53,962 bases of DNA, from NCBI RefSeq assembly GCF_001194135.2, contig NC_068982.1, forward strand, positions 69,568,543 through 69,622,504, in the 5' to 3' direction. A program made the translations under genes and the position numbers. The notes under the pieces were generated by a model that ran no database searches, was not told the origin of the DNA, and saw only the letters and a list, made by a program, of their open reading frames with translations. Positions 1 to 10,700 of this stretch are shown here, piece by piece. Origin of the DNA: Octopus bimaculoides (Eukaryota). Position 1 is the first letter of the stretch, and each line of letters begins with the position of its first letter.

Positions 1-279
1 GTTTGCTGAGATGAGATTAAATACTATAAGGTATTTAGTCTTGTTTTGTACATCTCAGTTAATTATGGTGCATGTGTGTGGGTCTCTCTCTATTTAACCA
101 CACAAGCATGACTGCATGGTTAAGAAGCTTGCTTCCCAACCACATGCTTTTGGGTTCATTCCTACTGCCTAACACCTTTGGCAAGTAATATGTACCATAA
201 CCCTGGACTGATCAAATCTTTGTAAGTGAATCTGGCAGATGGAGACTGAGAGAGAGAGAGAGAGTGTGTGTGTGCGCGC

Positions 280-333
<54 letters not shown>

Positions 334-1544
334 GAACAATGGTTCCTTGACAATGTCATTTGATTACAATCCATCTGGGCTTGTCATGTCTTGTGATATG
401 TTGCACAATATTTTTAAACAAATAGCTCATACTAGTTGTTACAGTGTACTTGAGATGATTCTTGATAAAAATTCACTCTGAAATCACACATTCAAAGGAA
501 GATAAGACTTTCTTCAGAGTTGAAGGTTGGTTTTGACTATTATTTTGCACAGACAAAAGATACAGCTAACCCATCTCTAGCATTATAATGTCACAGCTTA
601 AAGAGATCAGGGTTGCGATAGTAAAAGCTATGAGCTGCAACATCTGCCCCCTTTGATCTTTCACCTGTTGTTATTGGCAGTGGTGATGAGTCAGGTCACT
701 ATTGTTGAGGTGAGTTTTTGCTGACTGTCCTTTTTCCTAAGTTGAACATAATCAAATGTCAAAAGGATGAACAACGGTTGTCACCAATTTCATGATTTTT
801 TTTTTTTTTGGACTTTTCTTAAGTTGGGGGTCACCAATGTCACTGGAGTGAAGATGAACAGTAAGTGTCACCAATATTGCTGAGATTGTATGTTGCTTGT
901 GTTCAGCTGGTCAGTAAAGGTATTAATAATTGCTGACTGGGAGAGAGAGATAAACTGAACTGCATCTGTAGAAGTTACTTCTGAGACAGTGCATGAATGT
1001 TCAGTTCAGTTTGTCGAAGAACCAGGAGTTGTCTGCACAGATGTCCAGAACTGTCTACTTGGCATGAGTGGAAGCAGGAGTAATTCAGCTGCCTTCTTTG
1101 CTACCCAATGAACTGAATGCCAAAACAGTTTTTATAGAGGACAAGAAGAACATTTGAGAAAATCATATCATGCTACAGCCACACACTGATTGCTCGATTC
1201 ATAAACCAATCACATGAAACTATAGTGGTTCACACGTGATGTCTGACAAGTATCTAGCAGATATGTTTCAAATCACTGCTACAAACACAAGGCTCTCAGT
1301 CTCCATCTGCCAGATTCACTTACAAAGATTTGATCAGTCCAGGGTTATGGTACATAATACTTGCCAAAGGTGTTAGGCAGTAGGAATGAACCCAAAAGCA
1401 TGTGGTTGGGAAGCAAGCTTCTTAACCATGCAGTCATGCTTGTGTGGTTAAATAGAGAGAGACCCACACACATGCACCATAATTAACTGAGATGTACAAA
1501 ACAAGACTAAATACCTTATAGTATTTAATCTCATCTCAGCAAAC
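1..1544. repeat. Near-perfect long inverted repeat (1-252 versus 1293-1544)
   Basis: Base-by-base comparison gave one mismatch in 252 bp; it includes a SINE head and non-repeat flank; the left arm is cut by the window edge. Confidence 0.9.
264..330. repeat. Compound (TG)n(CG)10(TG)n microsatellite following (AG)n
   Basis: Uninterrupted alternating purine-pyrimidine tract; CG run at 275-294. Confidence 0.95.
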
Positions 1545-1999
1545 CGATGTGAATTTTGTTTAGGTCGATGAACACTAGTAAAATGCTAGGTTGATTAAGT
1601 TAACTCTATTACTTCAGTTACAAAATTAATAAGTCTTGTGCATCTATGTAAGNNNNNNNNNNNNNNNNNNNNNNNNNNNNNNNNNNNNNNNNNNNNNNNN
1701 NNNNNNNNNNNNNNNNNNNNNNNNNNNNNNNNNNNNNNNNNNNNNNNNNNNNNNNNNNNNNNNNNNNNNNNNNNNNNNNNNNNNNNNNNNNNNNNNNNNN
1801 NNNNNNNNNNNNNNNNNNNNNNNNNNNNNNNNNNNNNNNNNNNNNNNNNNNNNNNNNNNNNNNNNNNNNNNNNNNNNNNNNNNNNNNNNNNNNNNNNNNN
1901 NNNNNNNNNNNNNNNNNNNNNNNNNNNNNNNNNNNNNNNNNNNNNNNNNNNNNNNNNNNNNNNNNAGTATTACATTAAACAAGGAAGTAACAAAGCATT

Positions 2000-2330
2000 A
2001 AAAATTCAATATACTCTTATAATGGCAGTGGGTTGCAGAATCAGTAAAGTGCCAAGGTTAACTATGGTTTTCATCCTTTTGCAGCCAACGTGCTATGATT
2101 GATGTAATTGACTATAACCAAACCCTCAAATTTGTGGCCTTGTGCCACATGTAATGGACAGTTGTAAACATCCTGTCATCATATACAATATTTTTGTGGA
2201 CAGAAAGGAGGATTCAATTACACCAGTTTCAATTTGAATTGGGATTTCATATAATGCATTCTTGACAGCTAGTCCAATTAATAATATGCAAATAAGTCTC
2301 CCCAATTTCCTCATAATATCCTTAATAATA
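2000..2330 (-). mobile_element. Possible decayed LINE APE endonuclease fragment
   Basis: IGLAVKN...LSITCGTRPQ resembles GVGFAV...ITIISAYAPQ; weak similarity only. Confidence 0.3.
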
Positions 2331-2389
2331 GACACAGAAGAAGAGAGAGTAAAATTTCGCTATTAAAGCATATGGTTATTCTTTGAATT

Positions 2390-2616
2390 GCCAGTACCGC
2401 CTGACTGGCCTTCATGCCGGTGGCATGTAAGAGCACCCTCTACACTCTCAGAGTGGTTGGCGTTAGGAAGGGCATCCAGCTGTAGAAACTCTGCCAAATC
2501 AGATTAGAGGCTGGTGTAGCCATCTGGTTTCACCAGTCCTCAGTCAAATCGTCCAACCCATGCGAGCATGGAAAGCGGACGTTAAACGACGACGATGATG
2601 ATGATGATGATGATGA
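2390..2616 (+). mobile_element. Young RTE-type 3' tail copy ending in (GAT)n
   Basis: agtggttggcgttaggaagggcatccagctgtagaaac...catggaaagcggacgttaaacgacgatgatgat; CpGs retained. Confidence 0.8.
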
Positions 2617-2650
2617 TATATATAAGATTAAATATATATATGATGATAAA

Positions 2651-2775
2651 AGTGTAGGCAGAAATTCTGTAAGGTGTACCCGGTGCAAGCTATGGACACA
2701 TAAGAGGTGCAGCAATATCAGAGGAAGGTTAACTGAGAAAATAGGCTTTGTGTGGAAGGTGCACTGGTATAATAA
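2651..2775 (+). mobile_element. RTE-type LINE Cys/His finger fragment
   Basis: SVGRNSVRCTRCKLWTHKRCSNIRGRLTEKIGFV, the C-x2-C...W-x-H-x2-C motif found in RTE-like ORFs. Confidence 0.6.
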
Positions 2776-4224
2776 ATACTAAAAATGTATGAAAAATTGA
2801 CTCCATCAAATGCTNNNNNNNNNNNNNNNNNNNNNNNNNNNNNNNNNNNNNNNNNNNNNNNNNNNNNNNNNNNNNNNNNNNNNNNNNNNNNNNNNNNNNN
2901 NNNNNNNNNNNNNNGGTATAATAAATACTAAAAATGTATGAAAAATTGACTCCATCAAATGCTAAGGGTGAGGTGGGAGTAAAGAAGTAAAGATAAATTA
3001 AGAGTTTCAGTGGGAGGGAGGGAGGGAGGGTTGTTGTTTATTCCAAAACTGTGCCTTCTTTACATTTTGTTACAGATTAAATGAATAATTATATTTTATA
3101 TATTTATACTTTAGTGATATAAAAATTTGAATTACTGCATTGTCAGATGACAGTTAATTTTAAATGTCATTCAACAAGTTTACCACACCGAGATATATTT
3201 TGAAGGTGTGAGTGATAACCGACATATATTCTGAGTTGTTTAAGATATTTTGAACTGAGTACTTTCTCTGCCAAGAGACATTGAAAACATTGGAGTGGGA
3301 GTGATTGTCATGCATGAGCTAATTCCAATAACTTCTTTCGTCATACCAAACATGACAGTAAAGATTTAAGTCATTTCTAGGTTTGTGAGATATTTGCATG
3401 TCATCTGACTTGCAGTTAAATTATTGGTGTGATTAATGTCACTGATGATGTGGGGTCGGCTAACTTCAGTAGAAGACTGCATCAGATTAAAATATGATCA
3501 CTCCTTTTACTGATATTTAAAACTATACTCCCAATATGCGTGGTTAAAGCAGAAACTGTCAGTAGATATCTGAAGGTTATTTGCACTTGACATATTTTAT
3601 TTTCAGGGTACTTAGTTCAGGGGGCTAAGTTAATGATTCAACTGTTATGAATCTTATTTGATTATGAAATATGTACTGTTTACCCAACCTTTTTTTTGTC
3701 TACTCCATTAATGGAACTGTGGTCAGGACATTAACTTTCTTCTGGAGTTCAGCAGTTATATTAGGAGGTCTTGTAATCCAAAGAAATACTTATTTTAATT
3801 TATTTCATATCAAACTAAGTGCACCTCTGGTTGTATGACACCAACTTATTGTTTTAAAATAATCTAAATTCAAAATTTCCAAAACTGTGAGTAGCGAAAT
3901 GTAGAATTAGTCCAGCTGATCATGAGAATCAAATATTGATCGCTTCACTAAAATCTGCAGGTGGTATGGGTTATTTCCCATGGGTTGTTTGAATAAAATA
4001 TTAGTAACATGTAGTAGATAGAAGGATCCACTGGAAGGGCCCTATTATGGATTTTTTTCAACAATGGAAATATGTCACGAGATTTCCAGACATGAGTTCT
4101 ACTCACATGTCAAATAAAGTATAAAAGTGATAGTGTCTGAAAAAATTAGAAATAGGACACACAAAAAATCAATATTCAAAGTAATTGAACATACACAATG
4201 AGTGTGTGGTTCCTTTCTGATGTC

Positions 4225-6345
4225 CAAGAAAGTTTCCAGGGATTGGATATTCGCTTCATCTTTCTTGATCCTTGACTGATTGAGGTCAGGGTGGCTCAAG
4301 GACTTGTGTTTTCCTCCATTTGTTATATCTCTCAGTTGCCACAAGTATGAGCTGCGATACTCTAAGATTAAAAAGAACCTAGCCACTGCTCCAGCTTTCA
4401 GACTGAATCCTTTCATGCCGCCATGAGTTTAGGTGTCCTTGTTAATCATCTCTTCGATTGTTTGGTCCACTGGTATACATCCAAATGGATTTTGTTCTCC
4501 AATCTGGACTGTGAAACCACCATTCATGAAGTGTGCATGGACTTCAGGATGTTCAATGTGGAGTTGGGATATCATTGCATAGCAGTAAGTCAGGAATCAA
4601 GCATAGTTCACCTTGTCATAGGCAAAACACCATGGGATCATCTTTTGGATGGAGGCAAGATGGAGGATCCAGTCGCCTTCTGCAGAAGCTTGTATTAGAC
4701 CAAACTTGATCTCCACTATGTCTATATATGACATCCAGAAAGCCGACAGACTGTACATGCATCTAAGGGATTCAAGGTAGGCGTGAAATAGCTCCAAGAT
4801 CCTTGTGCAGGTTTCATTTCCAAGAACTTCTTGGAGGGACATCTGACTGACACTGCTTTGAAAGTAGCCTATGACCTTCAATGTTTCTGCTAGGTGAGGT
4901 ACATCTTCTGCATGATTGTCCTCTATCCATGGGAGAAACCCTTTCCAGGCAAGCCACATTAATGCTTTATACACAAGCTTGTGTACCGTGACTGCACAGT
5001 TGTACTTGTGACCGTCCATGATCTCAGCCACTGATCCATCTGCAGTGATACCTGATTCAACACACATATCCCTGATCCCTGCATCATGAAACTGCTTACC
5101 AACGATAGAAAGGAGATTGCTAATTGTGTGGTAAACTCTCATTCTGATTATTATGTTCCTATACTTGTCTTTTTCCTTCACTATTTCAGCCGCCTTGGCA
5201 TACAGCGCTTGGTCAAACACACAAACTATCTTGCTAAGCTGCCACAAATCCATGATTTGAGTAGTTTGTTCTAGTATTTTATTCACAGTGGACATGTCTG
5301 TTGCAGGAGCATTGATAGTTGGCAGGTAGCTCACTGTGTACTGGACAACTGTGACATTGTTGCAGGTCTGGATGTTGAATCATGTCCAGCTGCTTGTTGT
5401 CTGGTTCCCTGGGTCAGACATTTGAGTCAAAATCCAAACATAGTTCTTCCTTTTTACATTTTTGACCTGTTGGTCACTGTCGATTTCTAGTGTCTCAGTC
5501 TTGGGTGGTCCAGCTCGCTGCCCAACATCATAGATTGGTTGCAGCAATGGAGGAGGACTAATGCTTCTTTTCTTGGACTTGGTAACTACAGACACAATAC
5601 TCTGTGGCATGGGCCCTGAAACTCTGGGCTGGGTAGCAATGCCGTTGACTCTGTGGGAGGTGCCTCCACCACCAGGAGTCTCTTCAAGGCAATCAATATT
5701 ATCCGAAGCCACAGTTGTGAATACACCTGGGTAGATGTTTTCAGGCAATAGTGTACCGTTTTCTGAAACTTCCAACTTCTGGACACAAAGGACTGTGTCT
5801 ATCTCTTCAAGCGGTGAGTAAGACTGTGTCCAAAGTGATTCAGTGTCCATATCAGTTCGATGTTTCCTGTAAGAGACTTCACAGCATATGGTAGAAGTAT
5901 ATGCTTTGGTGGCTTTGTTTTGCCACAGGTAACAGCAAACAGCAGGTCACTTCCAAACGAAGTAACAAGACACTTGACCCTTTCTAAGGGATTTGTACAC
6001 TCATTTTCTCCAGTCAGCAAGGAATAGAGAAATTTGGTAACAGTGTCGGGAATGGCATTTTGCTCAGTGCTTGGTAGTCATGTTTGACTGAGGTCTTGTT
6101 TCTTCATCTGCTGTCTTAGCTGCACTACTGCTTTGGCTAGAGAATCTTCAGACAGAATTGTCTTTAATTCTCACAGCTCTTGATCCAGTCTGTGGTGTTT
6201 TTTGACAAGATCATCCATGGAAAGACTGTCTGGGTATACGAGGAGCTTGTTCTAGTCATTCTAATTTCTGCTAGATGTGTGAACAATGTCATATGTGTTG
6301 TAATCATCACGCACAGAAGTACTTCAGTATGAATATTGGTGATAT
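4225..6345 (-). mobile_element. Decayed Academ-type (AcademX-like) DNA transposase, central part
   Basis: Collinear frameshifted fragments: KPPKHILLPYAVKSLTGNIELI, TTVASDNID...GGGTSHRVNGI, VCVFDQALYAKA...RMRVYHTI...GIRDMCVESG...DGHKYNCAV, WCFAYDKVNYA, KGFSLKAGAV, HPDLNQSRIKKDE. Family assigned from recalled motifs; no XPG/Cys8 C-terminus or TIRs found. Confidence 0.7.
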
Positions 6346-6356
6346 TTCATAAATCT

Positions 6357-6820
6357 GGGCTGTGTGGTAAGTAGCTTGCTTACCAACCACATGGTTCTGG
6401 GTTCAGTCCCACTGTGTGGCACCTTGGGCAAGTGTCTTCTACTATAGCCTCGGGCCGACCAAAGCCTTGTGAGTGGATTTGGTAGACGGAAACTGAAAGA
6501 AGCCCGTCATATATATGTGTATATATATATNNNNNNNNNNNNNNNNNNNNNNNNNNNNNNNNNNNNNNNNNNNNNNNNNNNNNNTATATATATGTATGTG
6601 TGTATATGTTTGTGTGTCTGTGTTTGTCCCCCCAACTTTGCTTGACAAACGAGGCTGGTGTGTTTACGTCCCCGTAACTCAGCGATTCAGCAAAAAGAGA
6701 CTGATAGAATAAGTACTAGGCTTACAAAGAATAAGTCCTGGGGTCAATTTGCTCGACTAAAAAAAGGCGGTGCCCCAGCATGGCCACAGTCAAATGACTG
6801 AAACAAGTAAAAGAGTAAAG
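6357..6820 (+). mobile_element. tRNA-derived SINE family A, full length (head, CORE-like ccttgggcaagt, microsatellite, 3' module)
   Basis: ggctgtgtggtaagtagcttgct...ggttcagtccc (A/B-box-like), gcaccttgggcaagtgtc, (TA/TG)n, 3' end ccagcatggcc..gtcaaatgactgaaacaagtaaaag. Confidence 0.85.
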
Positions 6821-8399
6821 CTACCAAGCTGAAAGAGCTATCACAGAGTGCCCCTATAAACATTTCAATACCACTTAGGTGTATTCACCCCAGATGGTAC
6901 CGCTAGCTGACATGGCTCATGGACTATAATCACTTTCTTAGCCTACAGGTGTTTCTGCTCCACGCAAGTGGGTATCCAACAGCTGAGTGCTCATGCAACA
7001 TTTCCTCGGAGCCATTTAAATGTTTATAGTGCAAAAAAGTGACAGCCTAGTCTTGAGTTTGTGTCATGCATATAAACATTTTGCTGTATATGTACTCAAA
7101 CATATCTCTCCTGCTTACAGTCATGAACAGCCCTGCCTAGGGTGAAACTCACAGTAGGCTTCCAGCTTTGCATAAATAAGTGTATCCACTGAACCCGATA
7201 TATCAAATTGCATATCAGGTAATGTTAGCACTATATGAAATACATATGAATATATTTTACTACACTTACAGGCAGACATAGCTAGAGACTTAGAGATAGA
7301 TAGACAGATAGATATAGAGAGAGGGGGAGAGAAAGGAGAGAAACAGAGACAAAGAGATTAAGCTACCTGAGGCATAACTACAGTTTGGTGCCCCAACTTG
7401 GATCCTCATTACACCTATTTTTGATGAGATTTTGAAAATATGTTTGTGATTATGTAGATTACGATTATGTTGATAAAATTTAGAAAAAAAAATACAGGAT
7501 AGAGAATTAGATCATTCCTCTCCCGACCTCGATTTCATAAACAATTTTGTAACATTAGCCTTTCTTAATTTCTTTTTTCCTCGGATTTATGTTAGAAACT
7601 TCAACATAACGCGAAATGCTTTTTCGAAAACGGATTTCTACAAAATTTCATTTAAAACTATGTATTTTAAAGAAAGTTAAAGGAAAGAAGGCCGAGATAG
7701 GTACAGAAAATGACCTGAAATTCATCAACAAAAAATATTATCGACACATTCTCAAATTTACACACTTGAAAACCTATCTTCGTAAAATTTACTTAGAAAA
7801 AAATAAGCATTTCTCAGTAAGTTATTAGGAAATAAAGACAGGAGAGGAGCACCTGTAATTATACCCTATCTAGTCTAATTATAATGCCTCTTTTTATCTG
7901 TCCGTCCGAGAGAGAGAAAGAAAGAAAATAAATATAATGTTCTTATTTTATTTTATGCTGCTTCAGACCGCGTACTTCTCGACGATGCGTTTAGGCATAA
8001 AATAATACAGCTATAAATATAAATATAAACATAGACAATGTCAGAAAATATAGCTATGTGACATGTTTCTTCGTCAGTCTACTTTAAAATACATATAGCT
8101 TAATGTGTCAGGCTAAATGTGTTTTCAAAGACTACTTTATTAATGGTATAATTGCAAAATAACTACCAAGATACTGACCATTGGGATCAAATGTTTCCAT
8201 GATTCTTTCAAAGTTTATTCTTTACAAAAACAAAATTCGACTTTCTCGCAAAAAGCATCATAAAAACACGCGGCGAGTTAATAATATTCCCAGGGTAACT
8301 TGCCAGATACACTTCCGGAAATTCAAGACTATTTTTAGACTGACAGATTTGTAGCGGCTCTGTTACAATGATATGGGAAAAGTGTATACCTTCCTAAAA

Positions 8400-9640
8400 G
8401 TATGTTTACCAGGCGGAAGAACATAGTAGTGAAAGTAAAGTAATGGAGAGTGTTTTTTTTTTTTGTTATTTTTTTAATTGTTAGTCTGTAGGGAGGGTAA
8501 TGCCCATTGCTATGAGGCCTGTGATTTTGATACAATGAATGTTTTGTGTAAACTGTTGCATGTCGACACTTATGAAAAGACATAAGCAACGAGGGGATTC
8601 CAGATGGACGAAATTCTGGAGAGAAGGAATTGGGTATCGTGATTAGTGCAGGGTTGGACACAACAAGGGTGATGAGAAGAAGAGATTTGAGTGGATTGAT
8701 TGAGAGTACCTAAGTGGGGAGGAGGTAAAGAATACGCATACCAACCGTTTTCGGCGTAACCCTAACCTTAAACACCGGGTGTGCGTATTCTTTACCTTCA
8801 CCCCTGAGTGGTACGAAACCAACCAACTCTGAGAAACTGAGGTCATTATAGCAACATTAAAAAAGTAATGGAAGGTGACCGCACATCTATAAAAGAGGGG
8901 CGGAAGTGAGTCTGTGAGTGATTTTATGCCAGGCAATGGAGTGGTTTTCTCTAGACGAAATGTGTGTAGCATCATCACTGTCTCAGGTGGGGGTGGGGTC
9001 AATCTTCTATTGTGGAAAGCTTTGTATGGTAACAGCAAATGTTGGGTGTTGAAATATTCTCTGGCCCTGAAAAGTAGGGTCAGTTTTTGACATACAGTCC
9101 TTGCTAAGTTAAGGATATGGTTTGCCATATGAGGTCCTAAGTTACTTTGGGGCCTAGCATTTGGAGCAACAGTCAGGGTTCTAGATGAGTGCTGCTTTTG
9201 TTTGGGTGGGTGTGATAGCATTTTCTTGAAATGTATAATGCTTGAACTTTTTGCCGTTAAAAGAGTTAATATTGACAAGGTCTTACTGGAGGATGTTTTC
9301 AAGTGTTTGTTCAAGGAATCAGTGCAGGTTTGAAATGTGGTGTCTAGATTGTAGATGGATAACATATGCTTCGTGTAAGCTAAGAAAGAATGAAGGGTCG
9401 TATCATCTGTACATAAGTGTACAAGGGTGGATGTAATGGCAAGGAAGTGATCATTGATTTATAGAAGAAAAAGAATAGGGAAAAAAACAAAACCCTGGGG
9501 TACACTAGAATTAATTGAAAGAGCTCTGTCAATACATTCTGTGATGGATAGGAAGCTACCAGTCCAACTACTGATATATTGTTGTAAATTTTGCCATGCT
9601 GCGGGTGATGGCAATGCTTTTAATGAACTTCTCTAAAGTT
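8400..9640 (-). mobile_element. 5'-truncated CR1/L2-group LINE, copy A (RT C-terminal half and 3' end)
   Basis: Minus strand INSSVPQG...INDH...HLCTDDTTLHS (degenerate GVPQG and YADD), then QKLTLLFRAREYFNTQHLLLPYKA and DSLPPLFYRCAV; many stops and frameshifts. Confidence 0.8.
8716..8804. repeat. Small hairpin element inserted in LINE copy A, with a telomere-like loop
   Basis: ggaggtaaagaatacgcatacc versus the reverse complement of 8778-8799 (20/22); the loop contains taaccctaacct. Confidence 0.75.
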
Positions 9641-9779
9641 AAAGCTTACTGGTAAGCTACATGAGATAATAGGTCCCCAATGGATCTGGCTCTATGGAAT
9701 CCATACAGATGGTCAATAAGGAGAGAGAGAGAGAGGACAACATCATTGTAAAGGATTGTCTCCATTATCTTAGAGATTT

Positions 9780-10700
9780 TAGAAGTGACTACCTTGGGAC
9801 ATTAGTTGGCTGAGAAGGTTTACGTTTCATGAGAACTAAAATATGTTTCCAAAGGCCAGCACATATCTTCATAGATAGTAACAGGCTGAAAAGTTTGAAG
9901 AATATAGAATCAATATCTGAGTGTAATGGAAGAGACATTCTTAAAACCAGTTGTTTCATTGGTTTGAAGCAACCAAGGTATTCATAATTGATGTAGGTAT
10001 ATATATGGTATGGAGTTTGGTGAGATGGGCGGTGATAGATTTGGAGGAGTTTGAAAGGTGAGAAAGCCCGAGGGCCATGCAGTCCATGAAGGCATCTTTT
10101 ACAGTACAAGAGTTGCAAGAGTTGTGTTGTTTGGTGTTGAGAGTGGGATGATATTTTCCGGATGGTGAGACTTGAGGTACATTCTTTTGATGTTTAAAAG
10201 GGTGGATGCGGGATAATGTTTTCTTGAGGTGTGTAGTAATTGTGTCTTTATGCTATTGAAAGAAACAAGATTGGTATGACCCCAATGGAAGATGTTTTTA
10301 AAGTTACTGTTCATGGAGTGGTCAGCGCACATTTTGTATGAGGTGTCTCAGTTGCATGTTGAGATGCTTGAGTGCAGAAGGAAGGAATAAAGAGTGCTAG
10401 CATTTGCATTGAAGTGGACACTGATGGCAAGTTGGTTAATTTTGTATAGAAGCATGGGGTTGAGATGAGCTGGAAGGAAAGGGTTGTGATGACAAGAGTC
10501 AAGGAGCTTGACCAGAACAGGAAGGGTGAGAAAAGAAGTGAGGGAAGGAAGACCACGGGTCAGCTCTCTTTTGCTTTGGGTGCTCATGACAAATGGATGT
10601 AAGGCAAGTGAGCTGATAGGGATGGGCACTAGCAGCTGCTGTTGTTAGTGCATAGGTTGGGCATGAGTTTTGGATAGAGTACAGCTGGATGGCAAAATGA
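9780..10700 (-). mobile_element. CR1/L2-group LINE fragment, copy B (same RT region as copy A)
   Basis: Degenerate ...NANASTLYS..., NFKNIFHWGHTNLVSFNSIKTQ and FSPFKLLQIY, i.e. a second copy of the post-YADD region. Confidence 0.7.

Noticed and set aside
1636-2102. Long ORFs running through N-gaps (also 19763-21019, 45233-45585, 46603-47184, 52320-53179)
   Set aside because: They are open only because N codons are not stops.
2766-2963. 49-bp direct repeat on both sides of a 100-N gap
   Set aside because: Identical sequence flanking a fixed-size gap is a typical unmerged contig overlap, not biology.
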